This document shows positions 20,366 through 30,439 of a stretch of DNA of 64,000 bases, piece after piece (the first letter of the stretch is position 1; each line of letters opens with the position of its first letter). This stretch comes from Methanobacteriota archaeon (lineage in GTDB: Archaea; Thermoplasmatota; Poseidoniia; Poseidoniales; Poseidoniaceae), in assembly GCA_002715725.1 (NCBI GenBank), contig PAZU01000004.1:18580-82579 (forward strand), given 5' to 3'. A model generated the notes under the pieces. It saw only the letters and a list, made by a program, of their open reading frames with translations, did no database searches and had not been told where the DNA came from. The translations under genes and the position numbers were made by a program.

Positions 20366-20469
20366 TAATTCTCACCACGGGACGGGTATACTCGGCTGCG
20401 GGGGTTATTGAACCCACGCCTTGAACTTGTGAGGCAATCATTGAAAATATGTGCGCCATTAGGAATTGT

Positions 20470-21387
20470 ATGCGAGTAAGAGCAACATGTGTAATTTTGG
20501 TTTTATTGCTTTCAATAATTCCGTCTACTAATGCTGGTTCGCCTGAAGAACTGGATAATGTCGGTCCTGTATTTGGTGGAGTTCACCTAGATGCAAATGT
20601 TTCTGGAAATAGCTCCAGCAGCCTTTCTGATTTGCCTGCAATCGTAGAAGATTATACTGCAACATGGTGTACCAACTGCGTAGATGTGGAACACGCACTT
20701 GATGACATAGCTGACGATAATCACATGCAAACATATCATTTCCACCGATTCATCGGTGAAAATGAAGACCCACTCGGCTCACAGGAAGGAGACGATAGGT
20801 GGATTGACAGATATGAGCAGAGGTTGCCTCCGACTGCTGTATTCAATGGAACCATTAGACAAGTTGGAAGTGTTCCTGATGGAGAAACACTACAAGATGA
20901 TTACAACCAAAATCTACAGAACTATCTGAGCCTAGGAATCGGTTCCTCCTCATTAGGATGGGTTGTGAGCAACGACTCGAATCCTATTGCAACTTGGAAT
21001 CTAGCAGTTGATATGTCGAATTTCCCAGAGGATAGTCACATCGAATCATCTCTTTGGATTGTTGAAGTTCTCGCATACTTCCCAGACGGTGGAAACCAAG
21101 AAGAATATTATCACAAGAGCGTGAAAACTGTTATCCAACTAGGTAACGCTACCACAGGATCCATGGAAGTTACAATGCCTACTGCATACGATGGAGATGA
21201 CTTACAAGTACACTTAATTCATGAAGTAATTCTTCCAGAACCGGAAGATGAAACTCCAGCAATTCCTCCAACAGATGACGATTCTTCAGAAGATGATGAA
21301 GACAGTGGTTTGCCTAGTATTGGCCTAGTTGCTGTACTAGCGATTACTATGTTTGCGGCCATCACTGTGCAGCGAAAGCAGCAATGA
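20470..21387 (+). CDS. Secreted thioredoxin-like (WCTNC) protein with C-terminal membrane anchor
   Basis: Signal peptide, YTATWCTNC, acidic linker, LPSIG + TM + RK. Confidence 0.75.
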   Translation: MRVRATCVILVLLLSIIPSTNAGSPEELDNVGPVFGGVHLDANVSGNSSSSLSDLPAIVEDYTATWCTNCVDVEHALDDIADDNHMQTYHFHRFIGENEDPLGSQEGDDRWIDRYEQRLPPTAVFNGTIRQVGSVPDGETLQDDYNQNLQNYLSLGIGSSSLGWVVSNDSNPIATWNLAVDMSNFPEDSHIESSLWIVEVLAYFPDGGNQEEYYHKSVKTVIQLGNATTGSMEVTMPTAYDGDDLQVHLIHEVILPEPEDETPAIPPTDDDSSEDDEDSGLPSIGLVAVLAITMFAAITVQRKQQ

Positions 21388-22402
21388 TTCTATCGACGTC
21401 TTCATCGGTAATGTGCAAGTGGATTGCAACCCTTACTCTGTTGTAAGGCAAATCGAACATATCTACTCCATGTTCTGCTAAGGAAACTACTACATCGGCA
21501 GCAGGAATGTTGCAGTTAACGTAAACGAGATTGGATTGGACAGCATCTAAGTCTACGCTGAAATTATCCATAGCATCAATTGCTTCAGCAACCTTCCTTG
21601 CGCGAGTGTGGTCTTCTGTCAAACGTTCAACATGGTGGTCCAAAGCATGCAATCCAGCAGCTGCTAAAACTCCTGCTTGCCTCCATCCTCCACCGAACAT
21701 CTTACGCCAGCGATGTGCTTTGCTGATGAATTCTTGAGAGCCCACTAGAACTGAACCAACTGGAGCGCCTAGGCCCTTTGAAAGACAAATCGAGACCGAA
21801 TCGTAATCTCTACACATTCTTGCAACATCTACTCCAGTTGCAATTGATGCATTGAATATTCTTGCTCCGTCAATATGAGTTGCACAATCATTTGCTTTGG
21901 CCACTGCAGCAATTTCGTCTAATGCTTCCTGGGTGTAACATGCACCACCGCCTAAATTAGATGTGTTTTCAACACACACTAGAGTGCCATCTGGATAGTG
22001 TGATCCTGAGCCTTCTGCCTTGCGAATTGCCTTCTTGACCTGTTCTGCAGTCATCAATCCACCCTTGCCTTCGACCAATGAGATAGATGTGCCACAAAGG
22101 GCAGCATATCCTCCGCCTTCGTACTTGTAGATGTGAGCGGTTTTATCGCAAACGATTTCGTCACCAGGAACTGTATGTGTTCTCAAAGCAATAGCATTAG
22201 CCATTGTGCCGCTTGCTACGAAAAGTGCGGCTTCCTTTCCGAACATCTTTGCCAATCGATTTTGTAAGTCTATGACCGTTGGGTCGTCACCAAGAACATC
22301 GTCTCCGACTTCTGCTTTCTCCATCACTGCGCGCATAGCCGCAGTAGGCTGAGTTACGGTATCGCTGCGCACGTCAACGCGGTCGGACGGATACTCTCGC
22401 AT
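21362..22402 (-). CDS. ltaE: Low-specificity L-threonine aldolase
   Basis: RSDTVT, SGTMAN, HIDGARIFN, CLSKGLGAPVG. Confidence 0.93.
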   Translation of the reverse strand: MREYPSDRVDVRSDTVTQPTAAMRAVMEKAEVGDDVLGDDPTVIDLQNRLAKMFGKEAALFVASGTMANAIALRTHTVPGDEIVCDKTAHIYKYEGGGYAALCGTSISLVEGKGGLMTAEQVKKAIRKAEGSGSHYPDGTLVCVENTSNLGGGACYTQEALDEIAAVAKANDCATHIDGARIFNASIATGVDVARMCRDYDSVSICLSKGLGAPVGSVLVGSQEFISKAHRWRKMFGGGWRQAGVLAAAGLHALDHHVERLTEDHTRARKVAEAIDAMDNFSVDLDAVQSNLVYVNCNIPAADVVVSLAEHGVDMFDLPYNRVRVAIHLHITDEDVDRIIAAFAAQ

Positions 22403-22424
22403 GAACAGTCCAAGCCGCTTCCAC

Positions 22425-22793
22425 TCAAAGCAGTTTCAGGTCACCGGTAATGGCGTCAACTGCTGAGCGAGGAGCTGGGCCGACACCCAATACAGTTACT
22501 GTACCAGGGGGGATTTCAGTGTGCCCTGCGTCTTTGACAAGGTCGCAGACTAGGCCTCCTTCCAGTGCTTTAGCGTATAATTGGCGCAAGTGGGCTTCAT
22601 CATCAGCACGCAACACAATCTTGCGTGCGCCTAAGTTGTTCCAGCGCTCATACAAACGGGCTGCTTTCTTTTTTGCTTTCATTGCACAATGTACTGCTGC
22701 ATGCGAACATTGCGCTGCAAGTTTACCCTTGGACAATTTTAGGTCGTCACGGGTCACTAAGACCATTGTAACTTCACTAAGCGGTGATGACAT
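22425..22793 (-). CDS. pth2: Peptidyl-tRNA hydrolase type 2
   Basis: GKLAAQCSHAA, KIVL, DAGHTEIPPGTVTVLGVGP. Confidence 0.95.
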   Translation of the reverse strand: MSSPLSEVTMVLVTRDDLKLSKGKLAAQCSHAAVHCAMKAKKKAARLYERWNNLGARKIVLRADDEAHLRQLYAKALEGGLVCDLVKDAGHTEIPPGTVTVLGVGPAPRSAVDAITGDLKLL

Positions 22794-23436
22794 CACTCTC
22801 ACCGCTTGCAATTGGCTCAGCCAGTTCTGCAGTTTCTTCATGCAGCAAGTTTGCTAGCCATGGTGCAATCCATACCGCACTAGCAATGCTTGCAATAGCA
22901 TGTAATGCATCGAATGGCAATCCATTCAGTAGATAGATGCCAAACTCGCCGATGGTCATTCCTACGGTGTAGATTGACAAGGAAACCCACCAATCGAACA
23001 ACACGGATGCGAAGATTGCGGTAATGATGAGGCGCTTCATAGCAACTTCATTTTGCATAACTAAGTTCAATCTCGAACCTGCAAATGCAACACCGGCCCA
23101 GCCAGTGGCTTGGAATAATGTCCACCAACCATGTGATAGTACAGCATTTGAGATCATGGTTGCCATGACTGCGAATGCCATCCCTCTACGCGCTCCTAAT
23201 GATGCACCCATCACCAAACACATCACGGTTAATGGCTGTACATTCGGGAAAGGTTCGAGCAATATTCGGCTTGCTGCTGCTGCCGCGGTAATACTTGTTA
23301 GAATCAAAATTTCACGTTTTGCCGAGTGAGTTGGTCGGCACAAAAGGAAGAAACAAATTGTAATCAAAACTACATTGACCACTAGCATTTCTACAGGGCC
23401 GAGAACTGGTCCATGCACCCCGTCGGTCATTACCAT
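22777..23436 (-). CDS. ECF transporter S-component (CbrT-like)
   Basis: RILLEPFPNVQP, SN...GWWTLFQ..W, NGLPFDALHA; about 6 TM; start could be 23430. Confidence 0.8.
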   Translation of the reverse strand: MVMTDGVHGPVLGPVEMLVVNVVLITICFFLLCRPTHSAKREILILTSITAAAAASRILLEPFPNVQPLTVMCLVMGASLGARRGMAFAVMATMISNAVLSHGWWTLFQATGWAGVAFAGSRLNLVMQNEVAMKRLIITAIFASVLFDWWVSLSIYTVGMTIGEFGIYLLNGLPFDALHAIASIASAVWIAPWLANLLHEETAELAEPIASGESDVITA

Positions 23437-23468
23437 GTACAGAGGTGGAGGGCTTCAAGTCTTGAACT

Positions 23469-25133
23469 TCACGCTGGTGACCAGCGTACAACCGATGCTT
23501 CGCTAACCTCTGATGCAGAAATTCCGAGTTGGGATCTTTCCCCATCAATTGTGAACTCCCAACCATCTAATTCTTCTCCATTAAATGATACAATCATATC
23601 CCCAATACTGTATGTTTGTTTCTCGATAGTTATGCCGAGTTGAATTGCAGCACTATCGGTTAACTGCTCGACATTTTCGTGCCCCTCGAGTCCGCCGATT
23701 ACTACTTCTCCACTAGGAAGTTCGAACACTACAACCTGTGTGTCTTTCCATTCTTCTGGCCAATCATCATCCCAGTCACCTGGAGAGTCGCTCAACTCAT
23801 TGACTTCTTTTGACCAAACTTCAGAAATCGAAGGTAGTGCTATTATCGAAATGACAAGAACTAGCAAAACACCCAATTTTGCTACCATTGCGGAATCTTT
23901 ACGCGACCGGAAAACAACCATGCCGATAACCAATGCAACAAGTACGATATGTTCAGGCCCAACTTGAAATGAAGATTCTTCAGAATCTGATTCAAACTCT
24001 TCCTTTCCATCAATTATTAAGGCGTGATCAGTTGAATCGAGAACCACCATCAACACGCCGGCATCGTTTCCAAAGGCCATCTCGCCACTTTCTCCAAACC
24101 CAGCACCGGCAGTAGTGTATGTGTCATGTGAGGTCGTATACATCTCAAGCTCTTGGCCTGGTAAACCTGTTGCCCATCCGCCCTCAGGAGTATTTCTTGG
24201 ATACCAAATTGAAGTGGAGTTTTGATTCGGTTGAATTGTAATTTCTCCATTAGCATGGAAATCGGTTTTTCCTTGGAATGTGCAATTAGAATCACATTTC
24301 CACCAGATTACATGTTCGCTGGTTGCGAAGAAAATGTCATTGTCGAGTTTGTAGGGAATCGCTGGCGAATATCCTTCCTCTGATAGTAACTGCTCATTGA
24401 GATAAATTTCTGAGCCGGTGTCTTTTTGCAAATGAGTAATTATCCCTGCATCAGTTTGAATCGGAGCGTGGCGAATCATTCCGTCGCCAATGGAAATATT
24501 GGTGACGTCTCCTGATTTTGAAACAATGTTTACTACGCCTTCTTCATTACCGATCAAATAACTATCACCAGTTACAGTAACTCCGTTTCTCCAACCCAAC
24601 TGTGGCAAATCTATGCGAAGGTTTTCAGTGCCATCGCTCAAACAATATCGGGATAATCCCTGTCTAGTAGGGACGACAATATCGTCACCGTCTAATGCCA
24701 TTGCTCCGGTTATTCCCCAGGTAACTACTTCGGTTTGTGCTGACCAAATTAAACTACCATCTTCGATATCTAAAGCTGTAACCTTTCCATCAGTCCAACC
24801 GATAACAATCATCTCACTCCAATTCCCGCATGTTCCATTTCCGGCTTCTACATGCATTAATGGACTCATGTCGTGATTGGTCGAGGCTGCGTTCTTGAAT
24901 CGCCAATTCTCTTGGCCTGAATACAGGTCAAAAGCGTATACATGAGGCCGGTCTTCGCCCGTCCAAAATCCTGATGTTCGAACTATGACTTGACTGTCAA
25001 CAATGAGTGGTTTTGTTGAAATATAGCCATTATCCAAATCGACTTCCCAATAATCTGTGCTTTGTTCATCAGCGACAGAGGTCGGTAGTAATATGCAAGA
25101 TAAAAGGCATAATGCAACGAGAATTCGCTTCAT
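23469..25133 (-). CDS. PQQ-like beta-propeller protein with 2 TM and C-terminal DUF4430/transcobalamin-like domain
   Basis: Signal peptide; AFDLYSGQENW and ALDIEDGSLIW repeats; GDMIVSFNG...GWEFTIDGE...G...VVRW. Confidence 0.72.
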   Translation of the reverse strand: MKRILVALCLLSCILLPTSVADEQSTDYWEVDLDNGYISTKPLIVDSQVIVRTSGFWTGEDRPHVYAFDLYSGQENWRFKNAASTNHDMSPLMHVEAGNGTCGNWSEMIVIGWTDGKVTALDIEDGSLIWSAQTEVVTWGITGAMALDGDDIVVPTRQGLSRYCLSDGTENLRIDLPQLGWRNGVTVTGDSYLIGNEEGVVNIVSKSGDVTNISIGDGMIRHAPIQTDAGIITHLQKDTGSEIYLNEQLLSEEGYSPAIPYKLDNDIFFATSEHVIWWKCDSNCTFQGKTDFHANGEITIQPNQNSTSIWYPRNTPEGGWATGLPGQELEMYTTSHDTYTTAGAGFGESGEMAFGNDAGVLMVVLDSTDHALIIDGKEEFESDSEESSFQVGPEHIVLVALVIGMVVFRSRKDSAMVAKLGVLLVLVISIIALPSISEVWSKEVNELSDSPGDWDDDWPEEWKDTQVVVFELPSGEVVIGGLEGHENVEQLTDSAAIQLGITIEKQTYSIGDMIVSFNGEELDGWEFTIDGERSQLGISASEVSEASVVRWSPA

Positions 25134-27124
25134 TAAACATGCCTCATTATCGCTTCGCGCAATAACGCACTGACTTGTTTTCCATCAGCAGCACCACCGC
25201 ATTCTTTCATCACAACTCCCATGAGTGGGCCCATTGCACCCATACCTCTTTCCTTGACGAAATCAAGGCGATCTGCAATAACTTTCTCGACAATTTCAGC
25301 CAAGTCTCCAGTGTCTGCAGGTTTCAATCCTAATTCTTCAGCCTTAGCAGATAACTGAGCCATACTCGGGTTTTGTCCAGCGAATTCATGAATTAGTGTG
25401 GACATTCCTTCCCTAGTAACATGTCCTTCTTCTTTGGATGCTAAAACAAGAGCCATCAACCCGACATCCCCTTCATTCTCTAGCAACATTGTTGCCCACG
25501 CTTTTTGCGGGAGGCCTCCGGAATGTGAAACGAAATGATCATCCAATTCTCGAGAGAGTAGCTGTTTGCTTTGGTCTGCACTAATATCGAAATTTTCCAA
25601 TCTCTCTCGCCTCTCTGCTTGTGTCATTGGCAAATTGTTCAGAACATTTTTCCAGCGTTCTGACGAGATAGATAATGGCGGTATGTCGGTCTCAGGATAC
25701 ATCCTAGCACCGCCAGGTAAAGGCCGCATCGGGGTAGTGGTGCCATCTTCAGGAGAACCTTTACGAATCACCACATTTCGTACTTCTTGGGGTATTCTTT
25801 CGAAAGCTAGTCTAGCGCGGTTTAGCACGCTTTCCAATGCTAATTCTGCTTGCCATTGAGGCGCTAGACATAGTACAAAGGCATCGACCCCATTCAGCGC
25901 TTGCCTAGTTGCATCAACGAATTCTTGTTCGATTCCGTATGCAGGCAGTTCATCAGAATGGTAAACTCCTGCTACTCCCGCAAGTTTTGCAGCACCAGCA
26001 AGTTCCCTACCAAGCCTAGGTAATTGTGCTCCGTCAGAATCAAATTCCTTAGTTCCAATCATTCCGCTAAATCCGGGTAAGGGTAAAGCCAGCATAACAG
26101 AATTACCATCCAGCCCCTCTTTCACTCTCTTAGAACCACATTCTGCAAAGTGAGATGAAACGTCAACTAAATTGAGATGTAAAATCTTAGCAACATCGTC
26201 TTGAACAGAAGCAGATTCTTTTCTTCTGTCGTTAGGCAATATAGGTAAATCATGCAATTCCCTAAGACGATTAGCCAATCGGTAGAAATGTAACTGGCGA
26301 GCCATTTCACAACGTATGATTTTAGGAATCCATTCCAGGTCTTGACAACCTTTGATTTCTACTCTGTCGCCACACATTATTGAAACATTGAGGTCTTGTC
26401 TAATGCTCCCTAGGCCTCTTTTGACTCTTCGGGTATCTCTTAGTGTTCTGCCCAATGCAATCGATGTTTGTTTAGCATGATCTGGTGTTTTGATATCTGG
26501 TGCCGTTGCAATTTCGATGAGAGGGATTCCTAAACGGTCTAGATTCCAAGTTACGACCTCTCCATTGGATGTTAACTCGCTAGTCAATTTACGTGCAGAG
26601 TCCTCTTCTAAACAGAGTACATCAATTCCAACTGGTCCACTCTCAGTCTCTAGAACTCCTGATGTAGCAACCAATGTAGTCCGTTGGAAGCCACTTGTGT
26701 TTGAACCGTCAACCACAGTTTTCCTCATCGTCTGTAACAGAGGAACTGGGTGTGCATCCAACATTCCTGAAACGGTCAGAGAAATATCTAGTGCATCAAT
26801 ATCATGGGGTAAAGGTGGCTGTTCATCCAATTCAATGAGTCCGGCATTAGGAGATTGGCAATACACGAAGGAGCGATTTCTCCTTTCTTCGAACCTAGCA
26901 GCGACATCTACTGCTCCTCCTTCGCCACTTGAAGACCTCAACTTCCGATGGTACTTCGGCCAATCTTCAGGTAATGTATCAATTGTGATGTCGTGAAGTT
27001 CGCCCGGTTGGCGGGAATGTAATTTACCTGTTGCCAACTGTTGGTGAACTTCTATTCCACACATGAATCCAAGACCTTCTGGGTCAAGCAATGCTGGGTT
27101 TGCCACATCGCCTTCTGGTTCCAT
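25133..27124 (-). CDS. gatE: Glutamyl-tRNA(Gln) amidotransferase subunit E
   Basis: GIEVHQQL, DGSNTSGFQRT, LDRLGIPLIEI, PGGARMYPETD; AGGTGA SD. Confidence 0.95.
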   Translation of the reverse strand: MEPEGDVANPALLDPEGLGFMCGIEVHQQLATGKLHSRQPGELHDITIDTLPEDWPKYHRKLRSSSGEGGAVDVAARFEERRNRSFVYCQSPNAGLIELDEQPPLPHDIDALDISLTVSGMLDAHPVPLLQTMRKTVVDGSNTSGFQRTTLVATSGVLETESGPVGIDVLCLEEDSARKLTSELTSNGEVVTWNLDRLGIPLIEIATAPDIKTPDHAKQTSIALGRTLRDTRRVKRGLGSIRQDLNVSIMCGDRVEIKGCQDLEWIPKIIRCEMARQLHFYRLANRLRELHDLPILPNDRRKESASVQDDVAKILHLNLVDVSSHFAECGSKRVKEGLDGNSVMLALPLPGFSGMIGTKEFDSDGAQLPRLGRELAGAAKLAGVAGVYHSDELPAYGIEQEFVDATRQALNGVDAFVLCLAPQWQAELALESVLNRARLAFERIPQEVRNVVIRKGSPEDGTTTPMRPLPGGARMYPETDIPPLSISSERWKNVLNNLPMTQAERRERLENFDISADQSKQLLSRELDDHFVSHSGGLPQKAWATMLLENEGDVGLMALVLASKEEGHVTREGMSTLIHEFAGQNPSMAQLSAKAEELGLKPADTGDLAEIVEKVIADRLDFVKERGMGAMGPLMGVVMKECGGAADGKQVSALLREAIMRHV

Positions 27125-27164
27125 GTTCTCACCTGAAAGATTTCCTTGATATGAGCGCATCGTT

Positions 27165-29279
27165 TCATACAGGCTGTAGAGTATCATATCCGCCAGGCCG
27201 CATCAATCTTCCATCTCTACACAATGCTTCGATGATATCTTCTGCTGTATCACGATTAATTTCCAACCTTCCCGCCTCGGTTAATACATCTGCTAGATTG
27301 ACCGTTTCGCCTGTTTCAGCGAAAATCCTCCTAACGATTTCAAGAAGTGTTCTCTCTCTATTTCGAGTAGTTGCTTTCTTTCCAGATTGAAGAGTTGTTT
27401 CGTCAAAGTTTTCACCCATCAATTCATGCCTCCAAAATCGTGTAAGTCGTATAGACCTCTCAGCGTCCTCAATAGATGCAACATTCGATAATCTGACTCT
27501 AGCAGATGCTTGGGCTAGCCTATACAATCCTTCTATTGCTCTTGCAGAGATTGAAATCGAGTCGTGATATTCTCCACCCTTTCTTCTCGTTTCAACATAG
27601 AATTCCCTAAGAGCTTCTCGTGCTTCATCTGTGAGCCTAGGATGAATAGATCTCTTTGCATAAGCCACATACTTTCTGATTAAATCACGATTAACGATGC
27701 CTTGGGATGTGTCAACCCCTTCGTACTTCGCGGCCTTTGAAGGGTCTACTTCGCTGCCTTGCTCAATCAAAATTTCTGGAGTAGATTCGGCTCGATTACT
27801 CATAATATGCTCTGCAATTAATTTGTCATGTTCCGCTGCAGGTTGGTCTGTCATCAACCAGATTACATCGAATCGGGAAATTAATGCGGGTTTGAGATTG
27901 ATTTGTTGGGTAAATGGTACCTCTGAAACGGATTGGAAGCGTCCTGCCTTTGGGTTAGCCGCTGCTAAAATTGCACACCTTGTGGATAGTGTAGCATTTA
28001 TCCCAGCCTTTGAAACAGAAATTCGTTGCTGTTCCATCGCTTCGTGCATCGAGGACCTATCATTTTCGTTCATCTTATCGAATTCGTCAATTGCAGCCAA
28101 TCCTAAATCGGCTAAAGCAAGCGCACCTGCTTCCAGAGTCCAACGTCCATCTGCAGCAGAATCTTGAACTGCTGCTGCTGTCAAACCAGCGGCTGAAGCT
28201 GACATTCCAGAGGTGAATCTACCTCGAGGTGAAATCTGAGACATGTATGACAATAATTGTGATTTAGCAACACCGGGGTCCCCCATTAGCAAAATGTGTA
28301 TGTCGCCGCGGAGTCTTGTTCCGTCCTTGGCTTTGGATGCCACTCCACCAAATAGTTGAAGCATCAATGACTCCTTTTGCCTAGGCATTCCAAAGATAGA
28401 TGGTGCTATCGATTTGGTTAGTAAATCATGGATGTCGTCTCTTCGGGCTAGTTCTTTGATTTCTCTTTCTTCTTCTTCAGAAATCTGAATTTCTTCCAGA
28501 GGAATATTTTCTCTCTGAATACTGTGGATTCTCATGAAGATATCGAAAATTGGAGTGTCTTTTCCTGATTTTCTCTGAGAACGAACGAATAGCATTCCGT
28601 TGGCAGTAACCCTGTCTCCTGGATTCAATTGACCTGCAATATCGTGTTCTGCTATGCACAAGATTCGCTCCGGCTGGACGCCTCCCCGAAGGTTTTCGGG
28701 AGGTTCCTGTAACTCGATGAATTGTGTATCGATTAGAATCGATTCCTCTACTCTTTGTACGAATTTAGTTTGGTTCTTCTTTCTACCACACCCGCCATCG
28801 ATTTCAAAACACTCTATTGGTTCAACCAATTCTTGCTCGTTGGGTTGATTGATATGACTAGAATGCCCACATGCTGCACAAACGAAAACGCCCTCGTATG
28901 TTCTTGGTAGAACTTTACCAATTTTTGTAGCAATAGCATCTACTGAAATCATAGAGCCCAAATCCTCACTACGCAATTGGCGAACTGTTCTATGTGAGTC
29001 AGGTGGTAATTCGATTATTCTGACAAAGGCTACTATTCGGGGTGCACCTAATTCAGACAATAACAAACCAAGAGCTTGGTTTGCCGCTTGAGTATTATTT
29101 TCCGGCTCTTCGATAATCGATAATGCAAAATCTGGATCAAAGGATTCTATGTCACGATAAGAGACCTCTAAAGATTGTACATCAGGCCAAGTTACCTCGA
29201 GATTATGAATCGCTTCACTATAGTTCTCAAGAAGCAGTGTTCTCCATCTTGCTGGCAGGTCAAATTCTTGAATCGTCAT
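27165..29279 (-). CDS. mcm: MCM replicative helicase
   Basis: CAACG zinc finger, GDPGVAKSQ, IDEFDKM, AANP, SRFD, C-terminal wHTH. Confidence 0.96.
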   Translation of the reverse strand: MTIQEFDLPARWRTLLLENYSEAIHNLEVTWPDVQSLEVSYRDIESFDPDFALSIIEEPENNTQAANQALGLLLSELGAPRIVAFVRIIELPPDSHRTVRQLRSEDLGSMISVDAIATKIGKVLPRTYEGVFVCAACGHSSHINQPNEQELVEPIECFEIDGGCGRKKNQTKFVQRVEESILIDTQFIELQEPPENLRGGVQPERILCIAEHDIAGQLNPGDRVTANGMLFVRSQRKSGKDTPIFDIFMRIHSIQRENIPLEEIQISEEEEREIKELARRDDIHDLLTKSIAPSIFGMPRQKESLMLQLFGGVASKAKDGTRLRGDIHILLMGDPGVAKSQLLSYMSQISPRGRFTSGMSASAAGLTAAAVQDSAADGRWTLEAGALALADLGLAAIDEFDKMNENDRSSMHEAMEQQRISVSKAGINATLSTRCAILAAANPKAGRFQSVSEVPFTQQINLKPALISRFDVIWLMTDQPAAEHDKLIAEHIMSNRAESTPEILIEQGSEVDPSKAAKYEGVDTSQGIVNRDLIRKYVAYAKRSIHPRLTDEAREALREFYVETRRKGGEYHDSISISARAIEGLYRLAQASARVRLSNVASIEDAERSIRLTRFWRHELMGENFDETTLQSGKKATTRNRERTLLEIVRRIFAETGETVNLADVLTEAGRLEINRDTAEDIIEALCRDGRLMRPGGYDTLQPV

Positions 29280-29349
29280 ACCAAATCCTCCAACCGGACA
29301 TATTCAGCCATTGTCGACCGCATATAATCATTGAGATAGTTCACTTCTT

Positions 29350-29369
29350 CCCCTTCATTTCCACTGGAA
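29350..29369 (-). promoter_or_regulatory. Origin recognition box (ORB)-like element
   Basis: Minus strand reads TTCCAGTGGAAATGAAGGGG, matching the archaeal ORB core plus G-string; second core TTCCATTGGAA at 29399-29409. Confidence 0.65.
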
Positions 29370-29449
29370 TTAAAACGCATCATTCAACCTCCATTGGCTT
29401 CCATTGGAATACCGCCAAGCACATTTCCTTGAAGCCCATCGCCGGTATC

Positions 29450-30409
29450 ATGCCCGAGCACTCTTTTGAACCCATCAGAGGATTTTTCGACAGATTTTCA
29501 TTTTCTTCAACAAATCTTGAAAACCAGCTTGGAGACCCCATTGAGAGAGAAGTTGTTGTACATATTCCTCCGAATACTGAAGGTCCAATGCCTTGCATCA
29601 TTTATCTTGCTCCTTTTACAGGAACTGGTTTTGCTAGAGCCAATTGGAAAGCATTTGCTGAAACACTCCCTCAACGTCATGAGAGGCTGGTAAAGGATGG
29701 GAAGATGCCCCCTAGTATTCTTGTAATGCCAGATACATTCACCAGCCTAGGTGGAAATCAATTCATTGATTCAGAGATCATGGGTAAGTGGGGCAGTTGG
29801 TTGAAAGATGACTTGCGTTCTGAACTTGATTCTCGTTATGACATCAGTGGATTTGGCCTGGTAGGGAAATCTAGTGGAGGTTATGGCGCTCTAGTTAGAG
29901 GCATGCTCGATGATTGTTGGAGTGCGGTTGCTTGCCACTCAGGTGATTGTGGATTTGAATTGTTATTTGGAATCGAAATGGCGACTACTCTTACTGAAAT
30001 TATGCCTCATGGAGGAGTAGAACAATTCTTACAGTACGTCAGGAAATCTCCTTCTTTGAAAGGTGATGACTTCCACACTTTGATGATGTTAGCCATGGCA
30101 GCAACATATAGCGATGGTACCCTCCCGGTTAATGAAAATTGCAAATTCATTGATGACAAATGGGCAGAATGGAAATCATGGGACCCGCTAACAATGATTG
30201 AGATTCATCAAAATCTACCTCCTTGCTGGATAGATGTCGGTGATAGCGACCAATACAATATCCAATACGGATTGAGACAACTCCACAAGAGAATGGCTGA
30301 ATTAGAAATTAAGCATGAATGGGAGGAATTTCCGGGAACCCATAGTGGAATTGACCACAGATTAGATCTGTCATTACCGTGGATTGCTTCTCAAATTTGC
30401 AACGATTGA
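29450..30409 (+). CDS. Putative esterase (alpha/beta hydrolase fold)
   Basis: GKSSGGYGA, DVGDSD, FPGTH; upstream ORF extension rejected. Confidence 0.85.
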   Translation: MPEHSFEPIRGFFDRFSFSSTNLENQLGDPIEREVVVHIPPNTEGPMPCIIYLAPFTGTGFARANWKAFAETLPQRHERLVKDGKMPPSILVMPDTFTSLGGNQFIDSEIMGKWGSWLKDDLRSELDSRYDISGFGLVGKSSGGYGALVRGMLDDCWSAVACHSGDCGFELLFGIEMATTLTEIMPHGGVEQFLQYVRKSPSLKGDDFHTLMMLAMAATYSDGTLPVNENCKFIDDKWAEWKSWDPLTMIEIHQNLPPCWIDVGDSDQYNIQYGLRQLHKRMAELEIKHEWEEFPGTHSGIDHRLDLSLPWIASQICND

Positions 30410-30439
30410 GTTAATGAGTTTAGCAGGGGTGGACGTGCC

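Noticed and set aside
20366-20440. Possible tRNA or ncRNA in a GC-rich gap
   Set aside because: Only short 5-bp stems and no cloverleaf; explained as a divergent promoter region
27165-29279. Intein in MCM
   Set aside because: Length is normal and ATPase motifs are contiguous
29123-29449. 109-aa N-terminal extension of the esterase ORF
   Set aside because: Overlaps the mcm start head-to-head and covers the promoter/ORB region; composition is not protein-like
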